A stretch of DNA of 46,599 nt. Origin: Thermodesulfovibrionales bacterium. GTDB lineage: Bacteria; Nitrospirota; Thermodesulfovibrionia; Thermodesulfovibrionales; SM23-35. How positions within the stretch are numbered: position 1 is the stretch's first letter; each line of letters starts with the position of its first letter. The stretch spans positions 1 to 46,599 of the forward strand of contig JBNAVX010000021.1 in the NCBI GenBank assembly GCA_049700155.1, given 5' to 3'. Of this stretch, positions 18,808 to 27,085 are shown in pieces. Below the pieces are notes generated by a model, which ran no database searches, was not told the DNA's origin, and saw only the letters and a list, made by a program, of their open reading frames with translations. Position numbers and translations under genes: made by a program.

Positions 18808-18884
18808 TGTCATTCCTGCAGTCCTTAAGCGGAAATCCAGAAACAAAGGCACTGGATGCCCGATTGAAAACTTAGGGCATGACA
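18808..18884. mobile_element. 77-bp MITE-like palindromic element (TGTCAT...ATCCAG / CTGGAT...ATGACA)
   Basis: Termini tgtcattcc...ggcatgaca with an internal aatccag/ctggat pair. Same length and layout as 19039-19115. Confidence 0.6.
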
Positions 18885-19038
18885 AAATAATGTTACATAA
18901 TGAGTCAACTTAAAGTGAACTCTAAAGCTTACTTTATTATTGAGTTCAAATGCGCATCTATCTTGCATATGCGGGTGTCTGTCTCCAATATTTTTACAAC
19001 TGGGTAGTGTCTATTCATAAAGTATGATTTAAGTAGGA

Positions 19039-19115
19039 TGTCATTCCCCGACTTGATCGGGGAATCCAGTCTTTTCAATAGGTTCTGGATTGTTCGGTCA
19101 AGCAGGACAATGACA
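19039..19115. mobile_element. 77-bp MITE-like palindromic element, second copy
   Basis: tgtcattccccgacttgatcggggaatccag...ctggattgttcggtcaagcaggacaatgaca, giving nested hairpins. The 69-aa minus-strand ORF here is its spurious translation. Confidence 0.65.
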
Positions 19116-19252
19116 ATAAATAAGTTTATAGAAAACACTATTTTAGAAAAAGATGTAAAATAATAATGAGTGTTCCTGTTGTCAATCTGAAAGTTGTTTC
19201 TATTATTTTATTATGCTTCTAAACCCATTTTGCATCTCCTTCACTCTCTGAC

Positions 19253-20434
19253 ATGCTTATTATAAGCGCCTCAATGAGGCACATGTTAGAAAGAATTGAA
19301 GTGGAACATATTTCAGAGAAGGATATTACAAAGTTGTTACAAGAGAAAAGATTTCTTCAGTCCATTATCGACGGGATTAAAGACCAGATAATGGTTGTTG
19401 ACAGGGAATATAGAATAAAGGAAGCAAATGAGTTACTTGTAGAAAGACTGAAAAGACCTAAACATGAGATTGTTGATAAATTCTGTTATAGTGTCCTCCA
19501 CAATCTAAATGAGCCTTGCAATATCCCCAATCATCCCTGCCCAGTTCAGGAGACATTAAAAACTGGCAGGACTTCTGAAGCACTGCATACACATTTTAAA
19601 GGACGTGAAGTTTCATATTATAGAGTAATAGCCTATCCAATTTTTGATGACCAAGGCAATATCGCATATGTGATTGAAATGGCGAGGGATGTTACAAAAT
19701 GGAAGAGGGCTGGAGAGAAGATGCATAATGTGCAAAAACTTGCAGCTCTTGGGGAATTAGCAGCAGGAGTTGCCCACGAGCTCAACAACCCTATAGCTAT
19801 AATCCTTGGCTTTTCAGACCTTCTATTAGAAGAGACTGAACCTGATAGCAAAGAATATAAAATGCTTAAAGCCATAGAAAGGCAGGGTCTTAATTGTAAA
19901 AAGATTATTGAAAATTTTTTAAGTCTCGCAAGTTATCACGCAAAAACTGAATATTCTACCGATGTCAATATAAACTTACAAAAGGTCCTCTCAGTTGTTG
20001 AAAATATCTTGGTTTCAAAAAATATCACCTTAAAAAAGAACCTTTTAAAGGACTTACCAAAAGTAAGAGGAGACCCAGGAGATCTACAACAGGTCTTTGT
20101 GAATTTAATTACAAATGCAGTTGACGCAATGGAAGAAGGAGGAGTTTTGACTATCTCAACGAGGCTTAACGAAACCGGAAACAGGGCAGAGATAGTTTTT
20201 GAAGATACAGGGCATGGTATAAAAAAAGAATACAGGGAAAGGATTTTTGATCCATTTTTTACTACAAAAAGGATGGGAGAGGGAACTGGATTAGGACTTT
20301 CTGTCAGTTATGGTATTGTTACAAAGTATGGTGGAGAAATTAACTTCGAGACAATCTCTGAGGAGGATGAAAAAGAGAAAAAAGGGACTACATTTATTGT
20401 TTCTCTGCCCGTTGTTCCCTCAGAAAGTGAATGA
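19253..20434 (+). CDS. Cytoplasmic PAS-domain sensor histidine kinase (HK1)
   Basis: No TM segment. PAS with Cys/His cluster CYSVLHNLNEPCNIPNHPCP. H-box VAHELNNPIA, N-box LITNAVDA, G1 DTGHGI, G2 GTGLGLS. Confidence 0.85.
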   Translation: MLIISASMRHMLERIEVEHISEKDITKLLQEKRFLQSIIDGIKDQIMVVDREYRIKEANELLVERLKRPKHEIVDKFCYSVLHNLNEPCNIPNHPCPVQETLKTGRTSEALHTHFKGREVSYYRVIAYPIFDDQGNIAYVIEMARDVTKWKRAGEKMHNVQKLAALGELAAGVAHELNNPIAIILGFSDLLLEETEPDSKEYKMLKAIERQGLNCKKIIENFLSLASYHAKTEYSTDVNINLQKVLSVVENILVSKNITLKKNLLKDLPKVRGDPGDLQQVFVNLITNAVDAMEEGGVLTISTRLNETGNRAEIVFEDTGHGIKKEYRERIFDPFFTTKRMGEGTGLGLSVSYGIVTKYGGEINFETISEEDEKEKKGTTFIVSLPVVPSESE

Positions 20435-20478
20435 ACCCTAAACAAACACAAGCTTAATTTATATTATATTAAATAAAG

Positions 20479-20600
20479 TGTCATTGCAAGGAGTGAAACC
20501 TTCACCTGTCATTGCGAGATTCTCAAGGAGAGTCGAAGCAATCTCAAAAAAAGGGCTAAAGAGGATGAGATCGCCACGCCCTTTCGGGCTTGCAATGACA
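20479..20600. mobile_element. MITE-like palindromic element of the 'TGTCATTGCGAG...CGAAGCAATCTC' family, with an extra 5' half-copy
   Basis: tgtcattgcaag (20479) and tgtcattgcgag (20507) pair with cttgcaatgaca (ends 20600). Inner arms are cgaagcaatctc / gagatcgccacg. Confidence 0.6.
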
Positions 20601-20623
20601 ATGTAAAAATAGGTTAAGTTCAA

Positions 20624-22255
20624 ATGCGGGATTTATTAAGTAGATTTAGAAGAAGGAGATTCACTAATAAAATATCCCCAACGAGGGAAAAACTCCAAAA
20701 AAAATATCATTACTTCCAGAAAATGCTTTCTGAAACAAATGCTGTGCGTGTAATAATGGCAGATATGGAAGAAAAGCTTTCAGGTGATTATCTATTTGAC
20801 ATGAATTATATAAGGTCTAATTTAAATATCTTATTCAATAAGATGCCAAATATTATAGACTGCCTTTATGAAATCTCTGACGGAAGATATTCTGAGCTTT
20901 ACGATATATATGATAGAGCGTCTTCAGATATTAAAGAAATTCTTGATAAGAGAAAAGAGACTGAAGAATATAAATATAAATATAAAAATAATATGACAGA
21001 TATAAAAGCCAACATAATGACAGAACTTGATAAGTTAAGGAGACCAACACCCTTAAAGGGCTACAAGTTGTTAATCGATAGAGGTGTTATTGCCTGTAAA
21101 GGTGTAGGGGTCGGAAAAGCCTATTTAGTCAATAAGGAAGAAGATCTGGATAATTTTCCTGCTGGGGCAGTGCTTATAATAAGACAAATATCCCCTAAGG
21201 CTGTAACTGTAATGAATAAGGCAACTGCTATCGTAACCGATGTGGGAAGTCCTGCTGAATATGCTTTATCACTCATAAAAGATTTCAAGGTTCCTACTAT
21301 CCTTAATACAAAAATAGCAACAAAGCTCATAACAAAAGGCATGGTAATAACTGTAGATGCTATTAATGGCAACATTTATGAAGGACGTGTGCATGAAGTT
21401 ATTGAGCTTGGCAAAAAAAAGGAAAACCTGTTTAAAAATACACATGTTTATAAGATCTTAGAAGAAGTAATTAGAAAGATAGTCCCTTTAAACCTGATTT
21501 ATCTCAGGGTAGATTCATTCAGACCCGAACTTTGCAAGACATTCCATGATATAACTCACTTCGTCAATGAGGTATCTTTGAATGAGATGTTTAAAATCAG
21601 TGATAGCCCAGATATAAAAGAGGGTGAAGCTGTAAGATTGGTATTAAATATACCCCTTAAGATATATATAATAGACCTGAGTGATGGCATTGAAACTCCT
21701 GCGAAAAGAATATCTATTAATAATATCTGCTCTATTCCTATGAATGCCTTCCTTAAAGGTATGATGCATATGAAATGGCCTGGTAAAAGACCTAAGAATG
21801 CCACAGGTTTCGCATCCGTCGTTGCCAATATCGCAGTTGACCCTTCTTTACATCAAGAGAGAGGATGGGGAAAAAGTTTTGTCTTGTTATCAAGAGAATA
21901 CATGAATTTTAATATCAGATTAGGATACCATCTATCTACAGTGGAAGCATACGCAGGAGATAACATAGACAATAATTTCATTCATTTTCATTTTAAGGGT
22001 GGCGGTGCGTCTATTGAGAGGCGTATCAGAAGAACAAGGTTGATAGAAGAAATTTTAAGAAAACTGGATTTTGAGGTTGACAGGATGGGAGATATGCTTA
22101 ATGCTAAAATAACGAGGTATGATAAGTCAATCATAGAGGAGAAATTAAATATTTTGGGGCGACTCACAGTTTATACAAAGCAATTAGACATGATTATGTT
22201 CAGCGATGCCTTTGTGGATTGTTATTTACAAGAATTTTTGAAGGAGTATTGTTAA
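20624..22255 (+). CDS. Degenerate PEP-utilizer-family paralog: no ATP-grasp domain and swivel His replaced by Tyr; retains the N-terminal helical region and the unrecognised C-terminal domain
   Basis: Colinear with 5167-7686 at the N-terminus (IMADMEEKLSGDYLFDMNYI), swivel (GVIACKGVGVGKAYL...TDVGSPAEYALSLIKDFKVPT; Tyr codon 21260-21262) and C-terminus (YMNFNIRLGYHLSTVEAYAGDN...FKGGGASIERRIRR). Confidence 0.8.
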   Translation: MRDLLSRFRRRRFTNKISPTREKLQKKYHYFQKMLSETNAVRVIMADMEEKLSGDYLFDMNYIRSNLNILFNKMPNIIDCLYEISDGRYSELYDIYDRASSDIKEILDKRKETEEYKYKYKNNMTDIKANIMTELDKLRRPTPLKGYKLLIDRGVIACKGVGVGKAYLVNKEEDLDNFPAGAVLIIRQISPKAVTVMNKATAIVTDVGSPAEYALSLIKDFKVPTILNTKIATKLITKGMVITVDAINGNIYEGRVHEVIELGKKKENLFKNTHVYKILEEVIRKIVPLNLIYLRVDSFRPELCKTFHDITHFVNEVSLNEMFKISDSPDIKEGEAVRLVLNIPLKIYIIDLSDGIETPAKRISINNICSIPMNAFLKGMMHMKWPGKRPKNATGFASVVANIAVDPSLHQERGWGKSFVLLSREYMNFNIRLGYHLSTVEAYAGDNIDNNFIHFHFKGGGASIERRIRRTRLIEEILRKLDFEVDRMGDMLNAKITRYDKSIIEEKLNILGRLTVYTKQLDMIMFSDAFVDCYLQEFLKEYC

Positions 22256-22270
22256 TGTGAAATTTTATAC

Positions 22271-22387
22271 TGTTATTGTGAGACAAGAAGTGTTTGAGCA
22301 ACCTCAAAGGAACGATTACAGGCATTGCTTCATAGAGTTTATCCTGAGCCATCTATTGAGATTCTTCTGTTTCGCATCAGAATGGCA
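22271..22387. repeat. Degenerate remains of MITE-like elements (TGTTATTGTGAG...; ...GAGATTCTTCTGTTTCGCATCAGAATGGCA)
   Basis: Resembles the TGTCATTGCGAG and ...GCTCAGAATGACA palindromic repeat families but carries many mismatches. Confidence 0.35.
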
Positions 22388-22443
22388 AAAGCGAGGGTCT
22401 CGTATTGATTTAAATATATTAATAATGATGTTATGAGGTTAAG

Positions 22444-24696
22444 TTGAAGAGAAAAGAAAGGTCTCCTGGAGAAAAATACTACAACATAAGAAGGGCTATC
22501 ATTATTTTTGGAATCTTTTTGATAGTATTACTTATGAGTGCGCTATATCTGGGCATGGTCTCTGCAAGACATATGAAAGAGATAATACGTGACGATTTCA
22601 ACAAACAGCAACTCGTATTAGCAAGGTATGCTGCGAATCGTATTGAAAACAGTCTTGAATTTATTAGAAGAGAGCTTTCACTATTGAGTCTTTCCCCATC
22701 TATCCAATATCTGGAGTCATCTTGGTCGAACAGGATGAACACTACCTTATCAGGGGTAGTGGATGAAGGGGTAATTGAAATAAGACTTTTGGATAACAAA
22801 GGGAAGACAGCTTATATTGTTGACAAACTCGGGGCAGCTCGGATAATGAAAGGTGATTTTCAGAATACTGAATATTTTAAATGGGCTCTTATAAAAGAAA
22901 ATAAAAATAGAATCTATATGGGTGATATCATAAAAATTAAAGAGCATTATCCTGTAAGACTCATAATGAATCTAGCTACTCCAATATATGAAGAATCTGT
23001 TGATGAGGCACATCCAATACCTACTGGACGTTTCTCTGGAGTGCTTATATTTACAGTAGATGTGACCCACTTAGTCAGAAATTCTATCAAAGATATTAGA
23101 TCAGGGAAGACAGGATATGCCTGGGCAATAGATAACAGAGGCATATTTTTATATCATCCGAAAAAGGAATTCATCGGAGAAGATTCCTTTGAAGTACGTA
23201 GCAGACTTTACCCAAAGATCTCCTACGACCGGATTAACATAATACAAAAAGAAGGTATGCTTAAAGGTAAAGAAGGAACTGGATGGTATATTTGTGGATG
23301 GCATGGAGATATAGAAACCGAAATGAAAAAATTGATAGCTTATGCGCCTGTTTTTCTGACAAGAGGTAAAGATAATATATGGTCAATAGCTGTAGTTGCA
23401 CCAATGAGCGAGGTCGAGGGACCAATACATTTTATTTACACCAGACAGTTTTATATTCAGGGAGTTATTGTATTAGTTATCATACTTGGTAGCATATATG
23501 TAATAAACTTTGAAAGACGGTGGGCTAAGACGCTTGAGGAAGAGATAACATTGAAAACAGAATATTTAAAAAAATCACTCGATAAACTGGAGAAATCAGA
23601 AGAAAAATACAGAACCCTTGTTGAAAGTGCAGAAGACTTGATATTCACTGTGGATGAAAAAGGAAATTACTTATCTATGAATAGATGTGCAGCGCGATTC
23701 TTTGGAAAAGATCCGAATGAATTAATCGGTAAAAACATGTATGACCTATTTTCTGTAGAAAGTGCAGAATTACAGATGGGTTTTATCAGGCAGGTATTCA
23801 GCACTGGAAATAGCGTAAATGTAAAATATCCAGTAGAAATTGGCAAAAGCGAATACTGGCTTACCAGCAATTTTGTTGGTCTTAAGAATGAAAATAACAA
23901 GGTCTCAGCTGTTCTTGGGATTTCAAGAGATATTACAGAGAGAAAAAAGATAGAAGATGAGCAGATGTACAATACAGAAAGGCTGGCGTCCCTTGGAAAG
24001 CTGACTGCTAGTGTAGCCCATGAGCTTAATAACCCAATAGCTATAATCCTTGGATTTACAGATCGTCTTTTAGAAAAAACTGACCCCAACAGTAAAGAAT
24101 ATGAGATGCTTAAAGCCATAGAAAGGCAGGGTCTTAATAGTAAAAGGATTATTGAAAATCTTCTGGGCTTTGCCAGATATCCTGAGAAAACAGAATATTG
24201 TGCAGATGTCAATAAAAGCCTTGAAAGTGTTCTTATCGTGGTAGAAAATCTCCTTGTTTCAAAGAAGATCATCTTAGAGACAAACCTTACAGAAGGTTTA
24301 CCAAGGGTAAGGGGAGATTCGGGACATTTACAGCAAGTCTTTATGAATCTGATTACCAATGCTGTTTCTGCTATGGAAGGTGGGGGGATTTTGACTATCT
24401 CTACACGACTTAATGAGACCAGTAACAGGGTTGAGATACTTTTTAAGGATACAGGTCATGGGATCAAAAAAGAATATAGAGACAAAATATTTGAAGCATT
24501 TTTTACAACTAAAAAAGTTGGTGAAGGGACAGGATTAGGGCTTTCTGTATGTCAGGGAATTGTGACAAGATACGGTGGAGAGATAACCTTTGAGACAGTC
24601 TCTGAAGATGAAGATAGAGAGAGGAAAGGGACTACTTTTATAGTGTCCCTCCCTGTTGTTCCTTTAGAAGTTGAAAAGTGCTATGGTCAAACTTAA
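22444..24696 (+). CDS. Membrane sensor histidine kinase (HK2): TM - large extracytoplasmic Cache-like domain - TM - coiled coil - PAS - HisKA - HATPase
   Basis: TTG start behind gagg. TM segments at about aa 18-40 and 335-355. H-box VAHELNNPIA. The transmitter is very similar to HK1's. Confidence 0.85.
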   Translation: MKRKERSPGEKYYNIRRAIIIFGIFLIVLLMSALYLGMVSARHMKEIIRDDFNKQQLVLARYAANRIENSLEFIRRELSLLSLSPSIQYLESSWSNRMNTTLSGVVDEGVIEIRLLDNKGKTAYIVDKLGAARIMKGDFQNTEYFKWALIKENKNRIYMGDIIKIKEHYPVRLIMNLATPIYEESVDEAHPIPTGRFSGVLIFTVDVTHLVRNSIKDIRSGKTGYAWAIDNRGIFLYHPKKEFIGEDSFEVRSRLYPKISYDRINIIQKEGMLKGKEGTGWYICGWHGDIETEMKKLIAYAPVFLTRGKDNIWSIAVVAPMSEVEGPIHFIYTRQFYIQGVIVLVIILGSIYVINFERRWAKTLEEEITLKTEYLKKSLDKLEKSEEKYRTLVESAEDLIFTVDEKGNYLSMNRCAARFFGKDPNELIGKNMYDLFSVESAELQMGFIRQVFSTGNSVNVKYPVEIGKSEYWLTSNFVGLKNENNKVSAVLGISRDITERKKIEDEQMYNTERLASLGKLTASVAHELNNPIAIILGFTDRLLEKTDPNSKEYEMLKAIERQGLNSKRIIENLLGFARYPEKTEYCADVNKSLESVLIVVENLLVSKKIILETNLTEGLPRVRGDSGHLQQVFMNLITNAVSAMEGGGILTISTRLNETSNRVEILFKDTGHGIKKEYRDKIFEAFFTTKKVGEGTGLGLSVCQGIVTRYGGEITFETVSEDEDRERKGTTFIVSLPVVPLEVEKCYGQT

Positions 24697-24739
24697 TTTA
24701 ATCCGAGTAATGCAGATGTTTATAATTCATGACATAAAT

Positions 24740-24861
24740 GCAGGACATAGTATTCTCGCTCATTCTCGGTCGTTCCGACCTCCGAGGCTTTTGCCTCTTT
24801 ATATTAGAAATATTCTCAAAGGAATATCAGCAAAAGAATCCGCTCAAATACTATGCCCTGC
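24740..24861 (+). repeat. Structured palindromic element, copy 1 (outer stem GCAGGACATAGTATT / AAATACTATGCCCTGC)
   Basis: Shares the blocks AGTATTCTCGCTCATTCTCGG, CCTCCGAGG and AATCCGCTC(A/G)AATACT with 39352-39460. The internal hairpins differ in sequence but pairing is kept. Confidence 0.6.
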
Positions 24862-24945
24862 TTTTTGTGCCACAGTCGCCTGCGACTACAATGGTTTTAT
24901 AATGAACTTTGCTTAATTCAGGTATTTTGCCTGAGGGGAGGGAAT

Positions 24946-25350
24946 ATGGCAGAGATTTTAATTGTAGATGATGAAGTGGATATGCTTGCCCTTCTTGCTA
25001 TGATCATCACAGAAAAGACCAATCACAGGGCAACAACCACAAATAATCCTTTTGAGGTACCTAAATTAATTAAAGAAGGTAATTTCGATTTATTGATTGC
25101 TGATCTAAAGATGCCTGGTATGGGTGGTATAGAACTCATTGATGAAGTTAGAAAGATAGATAAAATTATTCCTATACTTATTATTACCGCTTATGGTTCT
25201 ATTGAATCAGCAGAAGAGGCGATACATAAGGGTGCTTATGATTACATCACAAAACCCTTTCGCAAAGAGCAGATACTTATTGCTATTAATAGGGCACTTG
25301 AATGGAAAGAGATGAAGAGAGAGATTGATTATTTAAAAGGGAAAAAATAA
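24946..25350 (+). CDS. Single-domain response regulator (CheY-like REC)
   Basis: ATG 24946 behind gaggggaggg. VDDE, ADLKMPG, ITAYG and TKPF pocket residues are present, and there is no output domain. Confidence 0.85.
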   Translation: MAEILIVDDEVDMLALLAMIITEKTNHRATTTNNPFEVPKLIKEGNFDLLIADLKMPGMGGIELIDEVRKIDKIIPILIITAYGSIESAEEAIHKGAYDYITKPFRKEQILIAINRALEWKEMKREIDYLKGKK

Positions 25351-25600
25351 TAAAAAGCATTATCCAAAAAATTGTTTAAGAACCCTTCTATAACATTTTT
25401 AAAAAGCCTTTTTTCTTATCTATTGTGAATGCATAGCCTATTAATAATTTTATAATTTATTTTTATAATTTAAATTTTAACTTTTTATTGACTTTGTAAT
25501 AACATTAGATTATTCTACTATATCTCTTAACATGTTGCGAAACACATCTGAGATGTTGCAAATCAAAACAACATAAAGAAAAGGAGGAGAGAAGATTAAA

Positions 25601-26575
25601 ATGGAAAAGCGATTCTCTAAATTTTTGTTCATCTCCTTAGTCTTACTAGCTATAACATTAGTTGCTGTCACCCTATTTGCTACTACTGAACCATCAACTG
25701 TCCAGCAAACAGCAGAAAAGGGTTCAAAGATTCCTTGGTGGGCATGGTCAATTATACTCTTAGTTTTTACATTTATCCTTGGTATACTCGCTGTGCTTGG
25801 AGGGGTAGGAGGTGGTGTATTATTCGTTCCTCTTGTAGGGGGGTTCTTCCCTTTTCATATTGACTTCGTGAGAGGAGCCGGCTTAATTGTAGCCCTTTCA
25901 GGAGCACTTGCTGCAGGTCCTGGGCTTTTAAAAAGGAATCTTGCTAGCCTCCGTCTCGCCCTTCCTGTAGCCTTAATCGCTTCATCTTCAGCAATAATCG
26001 GTGCAATGATAGGACTTGCCCTTCCAGCACATATAGTTAATATACTTCTTGGTGCAACTATAATCGGTATTGTCATAATCATGGCTTCTGCAAAGAAGTC
26101 TGATTTTCCGAATGTCCCAAAGCCTGATAAACTATCTCAAACATTAGGCATAATGGGAATATACAGAGAGGTATCCCTTGGTAAAGATATTGAATGGAAT
26201 ATACATAGAACGGCTCCGGGATTAATCTTATTTATAGTTATCGGCATAATGGCAGGAATGTTCGGTCTTGGGGCTGGTTGGGCAAATGTCCCTGTCCTGA
26301 ACCTTCTCATGGGAGCGCCTCTTAAGATATCTGTTGCAACAAGTAAGTTCTTACTTTCCATAACTGACACATCTGCTGCATGGATTTATCTCAATTCAGG
26401 TGCCGTGCTTCCGATGATAGTTGTTCCATCAGTTGTGGGTATTATGCTTGGTTCTATCGTTGGTGTTAGGATCCTCGCGGTTGCAAAACCAAAGGCGATT
26501 AAATGGATAGTAATAGGACTTTTATTATTCGCAGGAGTCAGGGCTTTACTTAAAGGGCTCGGGATATGGAGATGA
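25601..26575 (+). CDS. TSUP (TauE/SafE, DUF81) family anion permease
   Basis: Polytopic. Motif GGVGGGVLFVPLV and a second-half repeat GLGAGWANVPVLNLL are typical of TauE/SafE. Confidence 0.75.
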   Translation: MEKRFSKFLFISLVLLAITLVAVTLFATTEPSTVQQTAEKGSKIPWWAWSIILLVFTFILGILAVLGGVGGGVLFVPLVGGFFPFHIDFVRGAGLIVALSGALAAGPGLLKRNLASLRLALPVALIASSSAIIGAMIGLALPAHIVNILLGATIIGIVIIMASAKKSDFPNVPKPDKLSQTLGIMGIYREVSLGKDIEWNIHRTAPGLILFIVIGIMAGMFGLGAGWANVPVLNLLMGAPLKISVATSKFLLSITDTSAAWIYLNSGAVLPMIVVPSVVGIMLGSIVGVRILAVAKPKAIKWIVIGLLLFAGVRALLKGLGIWR

Positions 26576-26585
26576 AAATAAATTT

Positions 26586-26613
26586 AAAACTCAAAAGTCA
26601 AAACTCAAAACTG
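26586..26613. repeat. Heptamer tandem repeat AAAACTC AAAAGTC AAAACTC AAAACTG
   Basis: Read directly; lies in the 85-nt spacer between the TSUP gene and the small membrane protein gene. Confidence 0.7.
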
Positions 26614-26660
26614 AGAATCTTATAAAAATTTTAAACTTTTTATGAAATCAGGAGGGTTTT

Positions 26661-27083
26661 ATGGCAGAAGAGGATAGAACAAAGGCATCAGGTGAACAGA
26701 TTATATATGCAAATATCTTAAATATAGGTATGTATTTAGGTCTTGCTATTATAATAGTAACCTTTATTATATACATCTTAGGGATATTACCATCATTTAT
26801 TCCACCTCAGGATATCCCCAAATACTGGACGATGAAATCTGGAGACTTTATACATAGCCTGCATGCCCCTACAGGATGGGATTGGTTAGCATTGGTTAAT
26901 AAGGGAGATTATCTGAATTTTATAGGGATAGCATTACTTGCAGGACTAACCATTCTGTGTTATATTTGTATATTGCCAATATTGTTAGGTAAAAAAGATT
27001 TTATCTATTTTGTTATTTCTCTCATTGAAGTAGCAGTGTTGGCATTGGCGGCAAGTGGGATATTAAAATCAGGAGGTCATTAA
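26661..27083 (+). CDS. Small integral membrane protein (about 4 TM), DUF1634-like (tentative)
   Basis: Hydrophobic segments. DUF1634 proteins are commonly adjacent to TSUP genes. RBS aggaggg. Confidence 0.5.
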   Translation: MAEEDRTKASGEQIIYANILNIGMYLGLAIIIVTFIIYILGILPSFIPPQDIPKYWTMKSGDFIHSLHAPTGWDWLALVNKGDYLNFIGIALLAGLTILCYICILPILLGKKDFIYFVISLIEVAVLALAASGILKSGGH

Positions 27084-27085
27084 TC

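Noticed and set aside
18945-19040. Possible relic of the 5' end of the 20624 gene (shared AGTTCAAATGCG and GATTTA..AAGTAG strings)
   Set aside because: Only two short matches are separated by unrelated sequence. That cannot be distinguished from chance in AT-rich DNA without a statistical alignment.
18929-19138. 69-aa minus-strand ORF
   Set aside because: It spans the 77-bp MITE-like element (giving the peptide LDSPIKSGND) and AT-rich spacer, has no RBS and resembles no protein I recognise. I treat it as spurious.
23667-24359. 230-aa antisense ORF inside HK2 (similar long antisense ORFs at 16026-16478 and 35555-36058)
   Set aside because: Each lies fully inside a well-supported sense gene. 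They have low-complexity, Ser/Leu/Ile-rich composition typical of antisense frames in AT-rich genes, and no start context.
24671-24916. 81-aa ORF between HK2 and the REC gene (likewise the 68-aa ORF at 39269-39475)
   Set aside because: Both are read-throughs of the two copies of the palindromic structured element. The shared 'peptide' reflects the shared DNA repeat, not a protein family.
25440-25490. AT-rich direct repeats (TTTTATAATTTA x2) upstream of the TSUP gene as a possible regulatory array
   Set aside because: This is very low-complexity AT sequence in an AT-rich spacer. Nothing distinguishes it from an UP-element or curved-DNA background.
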